Shown in pieces: positions 9,078 through 23,260 of a DNA stretch of 30,031 nt. The stretch is taken from positions 1 through 30,031 of the IMG/VR virus record IMGVR_UViG_3300002482_000040. One strand, 5' to 3'. The position numbers and the translations under genes are program-made. The notes below the pieces were generated by a model that was not told the DNA's origin, made no database searches, and saw only the letters and a program-made list of their open reading frames with translations. Source of the DNA: a virus (taxonomy: Duplodnaviria; Caudoviricetes). How positions within the stretch are numbered: the first letter of the stretch is position 1; the number at the start of each line of letters is the position of its first letter.

Positions 9078-11033
9078 CTATGGTGCGTACGTCTGTAACA
9101 GTTTATCTATCTCTGCTGCGCCGTACCCTATGTTTGCAGACTGTGGTATAGCCACCCCTAATTCAGCTAGACGTTTTTCGTAAGCCTCTTCTACAGCGTG
9201 CATACGAGATAATTCATTAAGATGCGCTATTGCAACCTCTGTTTGCGTAAGTGATTGTTTTGCTCTTTCAAAATCTCCTTGGCTCATAGCTCTGGAGAAA
9301 CCACTATTGCTTTGCAACTCTTGAGCAACTTCAAACTTTTTAGTCGTTAGTTCTTGGTAAAGTTCTAGTAACTTATCGCGTTCATCAGCGTCGTTCTTTA
9401 GTTGCTCTAATGCAAACTCGGCTTTAGTAGCTGCTTCTTCTAGTTTAGCGGATCTATTACCAACCTGTGCTTCAAACTCTTGTTCTGCTAGTTGTAACCC
9501 AATATCTATGTCTTTTTGAGCTGCGTTCTGTAAATCACGGGCTACTGCTTGACGTTCTTGGCTGTTAATTTTCAACGCATCCATACCGCTTTCAATACCT
9601 TTGGCGGTTATATCAAAATCAAGCTGTATTTTTTCGTTTTCAATACCAAACTGATCGGTTAACGCTTTACGTTCCGCAGCTTCCTGCTGCACACGTTGGT
9701 TAAATGCACCTGCGCCGAATCCAGCTAACGCAGTGCTGCCACGACCAGCGGCACCCAGAAGACCTGCCGTAAGTCGCTGTCTACGTAACTTGTCAGGATC
9801 CATCTGTCTTTCTTGCAAATCTTGCAAGCGACGTAGTTGTTCGTCTTTAACCCCTAACTTTCCTTCTTTATCAAGAAGTCCCATAACACGCTCTTGTTCT
9901 GCGTCTCGTGCGGCTTCTTTACTCATGTCATCATCACTAGCACCAGCTAGCCCAAGAACGCCAGCACGTTTTTTAGCAGCGTCTTGCGCCATCGTGCCAA
10001 ACTCAGGCTTAACTGGCTTGAGATCGCCTATACCAGCAAAGAAATCCACTGGTTCTGGTGGAGTTTTTGTTTTTACGTCAGGCTTTGGTTCTGACTCTGG
10101 TTTTGGCGCAAGAACACCGGCACCACCCATGTCTTCTTGTTTTTCTGGCAGGAACTGTCCCAACCCTGCTCTAGCTGCAACAGGTTTAGCACCGCTAAAA
10201 TCCATACCTCTGTATGGGCCTACTTGTTGTAGCCGAGGATCAGAAAGTTGTTTGCCGGGGTCTACTGGTCGGCTAGGATCACCTCTATAAGGTACCATTT
10301 CTTTAGAAGTAGAAGGTATTTGCGACCTATCTTTAGGCACTGTAGTGCCTTTGGGAGTTACTTCAAAGTCTGGGCCATCGTCTTTTTTACGTAATGCTTT
10401 TTTAGCTACTTCTCGCAATTTAGGTAACACTTTACCTAACGCCATAACACCACGCGCACCTGCGGAAACTAACCCTAGTCCCGGCACAAACATCAAACCT
10501 AGACTAGCAATTTCTGCGGGGTTTTCAGCTACATAGCTAAGAAAATCTTGTCCAAGAGATGCTGCGGCATCCTCTTCCGAAAGCACAACATTCTGCCCTT
10601 CTACTGGCCCTTTGCTACCTTCTTGAAACGCAACAATGCCACCGCCAGCCATCATAGCGGGCTTTCGTGGGCCACCCATAGCAGGTAGTCCTTGTTTGGC
10701 AGTGCGCTGTACGTTCTGCTGCGCTTTTTTGTTGATTTGCCCAAGCGTGCCAGCAGTGCGTTGTGCAACGTCACCTAGCTTTCGGCCTTGCTCTTGTTTA
10801 ATCATGCCAAGCACTTCTTGCTCACGCTGCTGTGCAATCGTGGCGGGGTTCTGCTGCATCTGCATTTGCATGTTACGAGCAGCAGCTTCTTTCTCGCTTT
10901 TAAGTTGTTGTAAAGCAAGGAGATCTACTAGCTCTTGGCTTTGCTGATAGCGTTGTTGTAATGCTTGTGGGTTGTTTTGGTAGGCATCTTTCTTACGAGA
11001 TACCATTTCACCTAAACCTTGTGAATTAAGCAT
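9078..11033 (-). CDS. Putative internal virion/ejection protein
   Basis: 651 aa. Q-rich N-terminus, MAGGGIVAFQEG motif, hydrophobic segments (IASLGLMFVPGLGLVSAG; LTAGLLGAAGRGSTALAGFGAG), coiled-coil C-terminus. GGAGGT SD and TAATG coupling. Confidence 0.7.
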   Translation of the reverse strand: MLNSQGLGEMVSRKKDAYQNNPQALQQRYQQSQELVDLLALQQLKSEKEAAARNMQMQMQQNPATIAQQREQEVLGMIKQEQGRKLGDVAQRTAGTLGQINKKAQQNVQRTAKQGLPAMGGPRKPAMMAGGGIVAFQEGSKGPVEGQNVVLSEEDAAASLGQDFLSYVAENPAEIASLGLMFVPGLGLVSAGARGVMALGKVLPKLREVAKKALRKKDDGPDFEVTPKGTTVPKDRSQIPSTSKEMVPYRGDPSRPVDPGKQLSDPRLQQVGPYRGMDFSGAKPVAARAGLGQFLPEKQEDMGGAGVLAPKPESEPKPDVKTKTPPEPVDFFAGIGDLKPVKPEFGTMAQDAAKKRAGVLGLAGASDDDMSKEAARDAEQERVMGLLDKEGKLGVKDEQLRRLQDLQERQMDPDKLRRQRLTAGLLGAAGRGSTALAGFGAGAFNQRVQQEAAERKALTDQFGIENEKIQLDFDITAKGIESGMDALKINSQERQAVARDLQNAAQKDIDIGLQLAEQEFEAQVGNRSAKLEEAATKAEFALEQLKNDADERDKLLELYQELTTKKFEVAQELQSNSGFSRAMSQGDFERAKQSLTQTEVAIAHLNELSRMHAVEEAYEKRLAELGVAIPQSANIGYGAAEIDKLLQTYAP

Positions 11034-11863
11034 TAGGTAGTACCTCCATCCGTGGGTGGGGTTGAACTATTACCGCCACCAGTAAACAGATCAATAAACT
11101 CGCTAATACCGCCTGCACTACCCAAAATAGTAGATAGTGAACTAGGTTGTGAGTACGAGTAAGTTTGTGCTGCAATCGGCAGTCCTTGCAGTAATGACTG
11201 TTGAAACTGAAGTCCTTTGTAAGGAAAATCACGCTCTTCACGAAACTGCCCGTAATCAGCAGCTATACCCTCTTGTTCTATTGCTCGTTGTTCAGCGCCG
11301 CCTGCGCGTTGAGCACCTAATGCTTCTAGTCCAAAACGCCTATCAGCGGCTAGTTGATCTCTAGCTTGGTTATACGCCTGTGCATACCCTGTAGCACGAA
11401 TGTTGGCTAAATTTTGCGCTAAATTACGCGCTCCTTCAGACTCCATAATTGCTTGTCGAGAACCACCAAAAGCCCCAGCCTGAGTAAGCCTAGTAGCATC
11501 TGCTAATCTTTGGCGTTCTGCATCACGAGTCGCCGCCTGCATTTGTGGTTGAAGTGACGCCTCTAAGTAAGGGTTCATATATTGTTGAGCAGCAGCTGCA
11601 TCGAATGTAGCAGGCGTTGTAGGCACGGCTAAATTAGCTAATCCTGTAAAGGCTTGTTGTTGTACTCCTGACGGGCCAGCGGTCAATGGCCCCATATAGG
11701 CTTGATAAGGCTGGTTAGCAAGCGCCTCACCTTTGCCGAGCATTCCAGTAACATAATCACCAGCAAACTCCGCTAATGCACCTGATCTACCCACTTCTTG
11801 TCCCACATTGGGATCATTAGGAACAGTTACACCACCACCAGTTTGATACTTATACATACTCAT
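11033..11863 (-). CDS. Putative DNA pilot/ejection protein
   Basis: 276 aa, A/Q/G-rich. QQYMNPY and AGAFGGSR motifs typical of podoviral internal proteins. Gly-rich hydrophobic C-terminus. Confidence 0.7.
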   Translation of the reverse strand: MSMYKYQTGGGVTVPNDPNVGQEVGRSGALAEFAGDYVTGMLGKGEALANQPYQAYMGPLTAGPSGVQQQAFTGLANLAVPTTPATFDAAAAQQYMNPYLEASLQPQMQAATRDAERQRLADATRLTQAGAFGGSRQAIMESEGARNLAQNLANIRATGYAQAYNQARDQLAADRRFGLEALGAQRAGGAEQRAIEQEGIAADYGQFREERDFPYKGLQFQQSLLQGLPIAAQTYSYSQPSSLSTILGSAGGISEFIDLFTGGGNSSTPPTDGGTT

Positions 11864-11868
11864 TGCCT

Positions 11869-12551
11869 TTATGCGGGTAACATTTTTTGAGGTTTAATTT
11901 GTTTACCCTGTTTCGGGTTGCCTGTACGTTCTTTGCGTATTCTAGTCATCATCTGATGTAGCTGTTTTGCACCAGCATCGGAGTTACCGTTACCTAAGTG
12001 ACTTACTACATCCGCAGGTATAACAAACTCTCCGTCACTTAAACGTGCTTCTTGACCGCCTTCTATCCTTGCTGGAATCTTATCAGCCATACCATCAGTA
12101 GCACCACCCAAATAGCGTCCTTTGCTCATGTGCATGATGCCGCCAGCGGCTGCTTTTTGAGGAGGCATGTTAAGTGCTGCCAACCCCTGTGCTTGTGTTT
12201 TAGCTTGTTGTCGTGCCTGTTCTACAGACATAGGCTGACGCTCTGGACGATCTGCGTACATAACATCGCTAAAATACCGTCTACCACCTGATCCGGGCCT
12301 ACGGTCAGAATCTTGTTGCATGGGTACACGTTCGCGTACGGCTTCATATTTTGGAATGCTGCCCTGATACCCAACTACAGGTGTTTTAGAGTCCATAAGC
12401 CCAAACTCTTTTAGAGCTAAGGAACCACCTACACCCCCCACAAATCTACCAAGATCACTACTAAAAAAATCACCAACGCTACTGAGAAAGCCTCCGCTAT
12501 CTTCTTCGGATTCTGCTTCTACCGCAGATGAAACTAAATCATTCCACCAAC

Positions 12552-12555
<4 letters not shown>
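11869..12555 (-). CDS. Virion-associated protein with a stand-alone 'D-x-IPA..LSDGEFVIPADVV' domain
   Basis: 228 aa. C-terminal GATDGMADKIPARIEGGQEARLSDGEFVIPADVVSHLGNGNSDAGAKQL resembles the motif near tape-measure protein C-termini. ATGA overlap with the upstream gene. Confidence 0.7.
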
Positions 12556-18142
<5,587 letters not shown>

Positions 18143-18143
<1 letters not shown>

Positions 18144-18466
18144 TACGACACCTCCAGCAGGCTAGCAACAACGTGTAACCTGTTAGCAGTGGCGGCAGTA
18201 ACTTTTAATGTTTCAGATTCTTCTACCACTAGAGGCGCGGTAAGTAGTTCTACTGTGGTATTTGCTCCCACCGCTTTAACCTTGAATAAGCTAAACACTG
18301 CACTATCAGCATCAGTAATAGTTACAGTGATAGTATCTGCGTTACCAGAGTCCTCGGACACTAGAATAGACTTAACAATGCCTCTCTTTGCTGTTGGGCA
18401 GGTGTACAGCGTGGTTGCGTTAGTGGTAGTGAGATCTACCTTGGCATTTCTGTACAGATTAGACAT
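18143..18466 (-). CDS. Small beta-rich virion/tail protein
   Basis: 107 aa, Thr/Val-rich (TTLYTCP..IVKSILV..LKVTAATANRLHV). TAATG coupling at both ends. Confidence 0.7.
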
Positions 18467-18660
18467 TAGCTAAAAAACCATCCAGCAGCTTGTGCTTGAG
18501 GGGATGTGCTAGCATCCCGCACTGCTTTGTCAAGCTGAGAAAAATACAGCCGAAGTGCATTGTTAAACTGATTGAAGTCCCGCTGGTTGTACTGCTGTGG
18601 TGGATTCGGCAGGGCAGGGGCTACAAAGTCTATGTCATATCTGGTGGTATCTACAGGCAC
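18466..18660 (-). CDS. Small tail-associated protein downstream of the nozzle
   Basis: 64 aa, PALPNPPQQY..LRLYFSQLD. Coupled to both neighbours. Confidence 0.65.
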   Translation of the reverse strand: MPVDTTRYDIDFVAPALPNPPQQYNQRDFNQFNNALRLYFSQLDKAVRDASTSPQAQAAGWFFS

Positions 18661-20510
18661 TATCGTCTCCCATCGGGGCGTATATCAAGTCGAGGTGCCC
18701 CTAACTGCCACTGCACACCCAAGTCTGCGGATTGTACCTTTATAGATAACTGTCTACCACGCACACGAGTATTTACTTGTGTAGTGTACTTTTCTACCGG
18801 CACCGTAGCAGAACGAGTTACCGTACCACTGCTAGACCCGCCTTCAGACAATGGATCGTTCCGCCCAGAACCAGACGACTGCAAAGGCAGTAGCTCAAAC
18901 GTAGCCGCAGGACTTTCGGCAGTAGACCCCTCAAACGTAATATCAGGAAGCAAACGTCGTATAAACGAGAACCTATCACCATCTTCTATATCGAACTCAC
19001 CAGAAGTAATGAATGCAGTAATAGCCGCCCTTGTGCCACTTTCGTTGTCGTCTACACCGTCTTCGTGCGTGACTAAATTGTTACTATAAGTAGCCGCAAC
19101 GGGGAGTTGGCGTATACCAGTATCTAACCATGCAGATCTAGCCAAGCTGCCAAAGTACCAAATCTGTTGCACGTAATTATAAACAACGTATTTATCTACA
19201 GTTGAAGAACTGTTTGACGGGTAAAACCACCAGACCTCATCAAAACCCTCGTTAGTGCCTGCAAAAACTTGTTCTATCTGTTCTTGATTTATGTCATTGA
19301 AAACGTGTCTTTTTAACGCACAAGGTAGGTTTTTAACTCTGCCATCGTACGCATAGAAAGAATCTGCGCCCATCCAGTAAGTTATATCATCAGCATATAC
19401 TGCGGCATTTTGTGAGGCTATAGATACGTTATCTCCAAGCAACTGAGACCCCCATACAGCAGGTGCACCCACATACTGTAGAGAATAGAGAGCTGAATCA
19501 GTCCAGACTAAAATTTCTTGACGAGACTGTAGAGCAGTTACTATTTCTGACCCTTTAGAAAGACGTAAATCCCCTGCTTGATTGTTAGCTGCGGGCGTCC
19601 AATTTACAGCACTTTCTTGATCTGACCACCGTACCAACATTGGATCTTGTACAGCAGACCCTAACGTATTAGCACCAAAGCAGAATACAAACCTACTTAC
19701 GTCTGACACGAGAATGAAATTTTGTTTCGTTGGTGTATTAGAAGCGCCCGCTAAGGACGATAGCTCTACTGCGCGTGTAGTAAGCCCATTGCTAGCATCC
19801 CAATAGTAAATACTGGCACCACGAGGGCCAAATATAAGGTCTTCACCAAAATTAGACTGACTAAACAAACGCAAAGAGTCCGTAGAAGTAGCACCATTAC
19901 CCCATGTACCTTCGTTCCACCCGCCAGCACCCCAACCTACTAAAGGTACAGCAAACTCTGGGCCTACATTTATTTGGTATTTTGCTGTTACAGACCCGCC
20001 ACCAGTAGCAGAAGACGAAGCTGCGGAAGACGCTTCGATGGTGTAGGTGTTGCCGGTAGAATACGTTATCTGAAACTCGTCGTTTAGAGTCAGCCCGCCT
20101 ACAGCAGATGCTCCGCTAAACGTAACAAAATCGCCGTTTATGTAGCCCCCATTGGCATCTGTAACAGTCACTGTGGTAGACCCAGAAACAGTCGTAAAAG
20201 GATTAGTAAGAGATACGCCAGACGGTGTGCGTTCAGGCGTTACATCAAAATAAGCACCGCCTTTTTCTATGTAGAATTTAAGATTGGTGCCCACACCAAG
20301 CAAATTCTGACCTTCTAGCGTAACCCAATTAAATAAAGAACGTGCAACACCAAGAAACGTATTACCAGATATTTGCTGCCACCCACCTATCTTTTCAGGA
20401 AACCCTGCACGAAAACGTACTTTATCGCAGTCGGCCCAGCCCTGTTCGTCTACATAACGAGTGACTTCTTTGTTTACTCCGGGCTTTAAGACTACTTTGC
20501 GTAACGTCAT
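18660..20510 (-). CDS. Tail nozzle / tubular protein B (P22 gp10- or T7 gp12-like beta-propeller)
   Basis: 616 aa. KPGVNKE..W.DCDKVRFR.G.PEKIGGW start, DPMLVRWSDQE, EVWWFYP, terminal RVRGRQ..WQLG.PRLDIRPDGRR. Position fits a podoviral tail. Confidence 0.75.
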   Translation of the reverse strand: MTLRKVVLKPGVNKEVTRYVDEQGWADCDKVRFRAGFPEKIGGWQQISGNTFLGVARSLFNWVTLEGQNLLGVGTNLKFYIEKGGAYFDVTPERTPSGVSLTNPFTTVSGSTTVTVTDANGGYINGDFVTFSGASAVGGLTLNDEFQITYSTGNTYTIEASSAASSSATGGGSVTAKYQINVGPEFAVPLVGWGAGGWNEGTWGNGATSTDSLRLFSQSNFGEDLIFGPRGASIYYWDASNGLTTRAVELSSLAGASNTPTKQNFILVSDVSRFVFCFGANTLGSAVQDPMLVRWSDQESAVNWTPAANNQAGDLRLSKGSEIVTALQSRQEILVWTDSALYSLQYVGAPAVWGSQLLGDNVSIASQNAAVYADDITYWMGADSFYAYDGRVKNLPCALKRHVFNDINQEQIEQVFAGTNEGFDEVWWFYPSNSSSTVDKYVVYNYVQQIWYFGSLARSAWLDTGIRQLPVAATYSNNLVTHEDGVDDNESGTRAAITAFITSGEFDIEDGDRFSFIRRLLPDITFEGSTAESPAATFELLPLQSSGSGRNDPLSEGGSSSGTVTRSATVPVEKYTTQVNTRVRGRQLSIKVQSADLGVQWQLGAPRLDIRPDGRR

Positions 20511-20944
20511 TCTCTATACTCGCCTGTGCGTATAAGTTCAGTGACTTCTACTGCACGATCACCCACCTGACTTGCCCACCTGCTATCCATAAACTCATCA
20601 GCTGCTACATCGTATTGCTGCCGTGACATAGCTTCTAAGGCTTTAACAAATCCGCGTAGCCTAGTCAGACCAAGGTTGAAGCAAAGATTTATCATGGCAT
20701 CTCGTCTGGGTTGAGTAAGATCTTCGTACCAGTCATAGGCAGCGGCTAGTTCTTCATCACAACGCTTTATATCGTTTGACAGCAGATATTCGATCTCATC
20801 GTCAGACAAACCGATACCACCATCTTCGTCAATGCAGCGCCCGACACCAATCGTGGTCTTGTCGGCTGTACACTGATAGGCGAAAGCCTTAACACCTTCG
20901 TGCCGCTTCAATGTATCTACTAACTGGCCCATGAACGTCACCAT
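20507..20944 (-). CDS. Endolysin, GH24 (T4-like) lysozyme
   Basis: HEG..AYQC..TTIGVGR gives E-x8-C-x5-T. Also FNLG and SRWASQVGDRA. Alternative start at ATG 20932. Confidence 0.9.
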   Translation of the reverse strand: MVTFMGQLVDTLKRHEGVKAFAYQCTADKTTIGVGRCIDEDGGIGLSDDEIEYLLSNDIKRCDEELAAAYDWYEDLTQPRRDAMINLCFNLGLTRLRGFVKALEAMSRQQYDVAADEFMDSRWASQVGDRAVEVTELIRTGEYRE

Positions 20945-21328
20945 CTACTTCTCCCGCGCTACCTGATTGACCTTCTCGTAGCTTCTCATAGCGCCGAGAC
21001 CCAACATCCCCATCATAACGGGCACAAGAAGTGTTGTATCTACCTCTGGCACATCCATCCAGATACCAAGGACATTAGCGATGATGGTGTTGTACAACAG
21101 CCCTACTGCACAAATCCAACCGATGGCAGGTCGCCACCCAGCTACAAATAACGACCTATGTGCAGCTTCCATCTTATTGATCTCTAGCTGACCTTTTAAT
21201 GCTTCCTGCGCGTGACGCTCTGACATGGTGGCAATCTCATGTGCCAACACATTCTTCTGATCCTTGTCTTCTATGAACTTGTCCAGCAGTCCTGTGACCG
21301 GCCCAACGAGTGATGCAACAATACTCAT
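20945..21328 (-). CDS. 3TM holin (GTA holin / DUF3154-like)
   Basis: LLDKFIEDKD, SLFVAGWRPAIGWIC and MLGLGAMRSYEK motifs. Adjacent to the lysozyme. Confidence 0.85.
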   Translation of the reverse strand: MSIVASLVGPVTGLLDKFIEDKDQKNVLAHEIATMSERHAQEALKGQLEINKMEAAHRSLFVAGWRPAIGWICAVGLLYNTIIANVLGIWMDVPEVDTTLLVPVMMGMLGLGAMRSYEKVNQVAREK

Positions 21329-21331
21329 AAT

Positions 21332-21658
21332 TTATTTCCTATTTGACCATGCTTGTGCGCCAAAAAACGCAGCTAGGATGCCTGCAACGGATACAAAGTA
21401 GACTGCCGCCATGTCGCCTAAGATAGAGGCAGCTTGGTTCATTCCGAAGAACTCACTGACAACCACAAGGCTTGGGTAGAGCAACATTCCCCATAGCGCA
21501 AACCAACTCATGGCACGTTGAGCATCTGCTCGTTCATGCTGTAGCCGCAGTTCCTGCAACTCCTTGCTCGTCTGTAGCTCCTCGTCAGTAACGATGCCAT
21601 CGCCATCTGCATCGTATTCGGCGTACTCACTGCCGTCTTCTAAGCGTTTTGCTGCCAT
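21332..21658 (-). CDS. Two-TM membrane protein with an N-terminal EF-hand-like loop
   Basis: Likely start ATG 21658, 1 nt after the upstream stop. YDADGDGIVTDEEL followed by two hydrophobic helices. Confidence 0.7.
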   Translation of the reverse strand: MAAKRLEDGSEYAEYDADGDGIVTDEELQTSKELQELRLQHERADAQRAMSWFALWGMLLYPSLVVVSEFFGMNQAASILGDMAAVYFVSVAGILAAFFGAQAWSNRK

Positions 21659-21659
21659 A

Positions 21660-21875
21660 TTAGTCCCAGAACTTCGCATTAGGGTTTGCGTATTTAGGCA
21701 CACAGTACGCCGTCACGTTTTGCTGTGACGATATTCGATTGTTTTGCACCATTTTGTACTGACCAGATTCGATCATGTGAGCAAAGAAGTTACAGCGATC
21801 AATCGTGCGAAAGAAAAACCGCTCTTCGATTGGCGCGTTATCGACCACAACAACGAGCAAGAACGCCATAATCAT
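21660..21875 (-). CDS. Hypothetical protein with hydrophobic N-terminus and two Cys
   Basis: 71 aa, ATGA overlap with the upstream gene. MAFLLVVVV; no lipobox. Confidence 0.65.
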   Translation of the reverse strand: MIMAFLLVVVVDNAPIEERFFFRTIDRCNFFAHMIESGQYKMVQNNRISSQQNVTAYCVPKYANPNAKFWD

Positions 21876-22336
21876 CCGAATGCCTTGATGATCAACATAA
21901 AAACAAGAATCGCCAAGCCGCCTCCAATGATTAGAGTTGTGCCACCAACAAGGACTTGTTGGATCAATAGTTGTCTTTCACGTTTTCTTTTTGCCACGAG
22001 CTTTACGTGTGCCCTCCTGTCATGTTCTTGTTGCCTAATGGCGCGGTCATAATCCTCTAACAGCTTAGGGTCTGCGATAAGTAACAATTCTCTTAAGTCT
22101 TTCTGGTAACGCTCTTGGTTCCTACGAAGCATTTGCAGCTTGAGGATGTCATTCTTAGAGAGAGCATTGAAAGCAGAGCTTTTGCGTTCTACCTCAAAAC
22201 TGTTTAGAGCCTCTCCAAAGTCAGAGACCAACGCCATTGCTTGCTGTACGTTGGCTTTACCCTCATTGACGTTTTGGATCACCGTATTGATCTGCTGAAG
22301 GAGCATCCCGGCGGCTGCAACAGATTCAATTATCAT
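21872..22336 (-). CDS. Coiled-coil protein with a C-terminal TM anchor
   Basis: 154 aa. Helical/charged body then VLVGGTTLIIGGGLAILVFMLII. Confidence 0.7.
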   Translation of the reverse strand: MIIESVAAAGMLLQQINTVIQNVNEGKANVQQAMALVSDFGEALNSFEVERKSSAFNALSKNDILKLQMLRRNQERYQKDLRELLLIADPKLLEDYDRAIRQQEHDRRAHVKLVAKRKRERQLLIQQVLVGGTTLIIGGGLAILVFMLIIKAFG

Positions 22337-22339
22337 GGT

Positions 22340-22528
22340 TTACCCCATAAAAAACTGCGGCAACGCTGCCGCTGCAATCAAGGCATATAGTCCGTAAATA
22401 AGGTGTTCTAGGTGCTTAAACTTGGCGCTACCTTCTGCAAGGCGCTCTTCGATGCGCTCGTAACGTAAGGCACACTCACGCTCATGCGCGTTAACTTCTA
22501 TCAATGCTTTTTCACCTGCGTCACTCAT
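22340..22528 (-). CDS. XhlA/hemolysin-like small membrane protein
   Basis: 62 aa. HERECALRY coiled coil plus a C-terminal TM helix. Confidence 0.6.
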   Translation of the reverse strand: MSDAGEKALIEVNAHERECALRYERIEERLAEGSAKFKHLEHLIYGLYALIAAAALPQFFMG

Positions 22529-22731
22529 ACCGATATATTCACTCGTTGGGTAGGCGCTAGTGGTTGCGCCTCTACTTTGTTACCTTCTTTCGTGTAGATC
22601 GTAGGCATAACAGTTTCGACCATCTCTCGGACAGTCTCACCTTCGGCACCTGTACGCAGACGCTCTTGCTTCTGAACCGCGACCTGCTTCCAGCTAACTT
22701 GAGCAGATTCGCTGACCGAACCCACGTCCAT
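22525..22731 (-). CDS. Hypothetical protein
   Basis: 68 aa, fills the operon gap, ATGA overlap with the next gene. Confidence 0.6.
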   Translation of the reverse strand: MDVGSVSESAQVSWKQVAVQKQERLRTGAEGETVREMVETVMPTIYTKEGNKVEAQPLAPTQRVNISV

Positions 22732-22736
22732 CGTTG

Positions 22737-22943
22737 TTACTGAACCACCGCTGTATCGGGATCTTCAATCGTCGCTACGTTGTCTTCAGCAGGAGCTTGT
22801 TCTTTGAGTTCCTGCATAAAACGATCACGCATAGATCCAATAGCGGAAAGCTGATCTCCTTTGAAAAGACCTTTCTGTGCGGCTACGTCGATCAGGTTTA
22901 ACACGTTAGCTAGATCGTGTAGTTGAATATGCTTTGTTTCCAT
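22737..22943 (-). CDS. Small conserved helical phage protein (IDxAxxKGxFKG motif)
   Basis: Start reassigned to ATG 22943 (TAATG overlap, AGGAG at 22954-22958); 68 aa. Confidence 0.65.
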   Translation of the reverse strand: METKHIQLHDLANVLNLIDVAAQKGLFKGDQLSAIGSMRDRFMQELKEQAPAEDNVATIEDPDTAVVQ

Positions 22944-23260
22944 TACCAAGGTACTCCTGTTCCTTCTGTCGGTGTAATTTGTAAGTCGATGTCTGCCTGC
23001 AACGCAGCCTCGATGACGTCTTTATCGACGCCATTGGCGTAAATCCAGGTCAAACAGTTATCTTGTGTCACGCTGTCGTAGGCAATGAAATCGCTGCTGC
23101 TTGCGTCATAAGTGAGACCGCAGGTGCCATAGGAACTAGCTGCGTACTCAGTGCCGCTCGCGGTTTCCTTTGCGTTGCACCGCCAATGAATATTGTTGAT
23201 GCCCCCGTCTGCCAGAACGCGGTCGCATTGCGATACAGTCCAAGTAAATGTTGCTGCCAT
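22943..23260 (-). CDS. Tail-fibre-associated small protein (possible assembly factor)
   Basis: 105 aa. TWTV..IHWRC..SYGT..FIAYDSVT..WI..GVPW pattern; directly downstream of the fibre gene. Confidence 0.65.
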   Translation of the reverse strand: MAATFTWTVSQCDRVLADGGINNIHWRCNAKETASGTEYAASSYGTCGLTYDASSSDFIAYDSVTQDNCLTWIYANGVDKDVIEAALQADIDLQITPTEGTGVPW

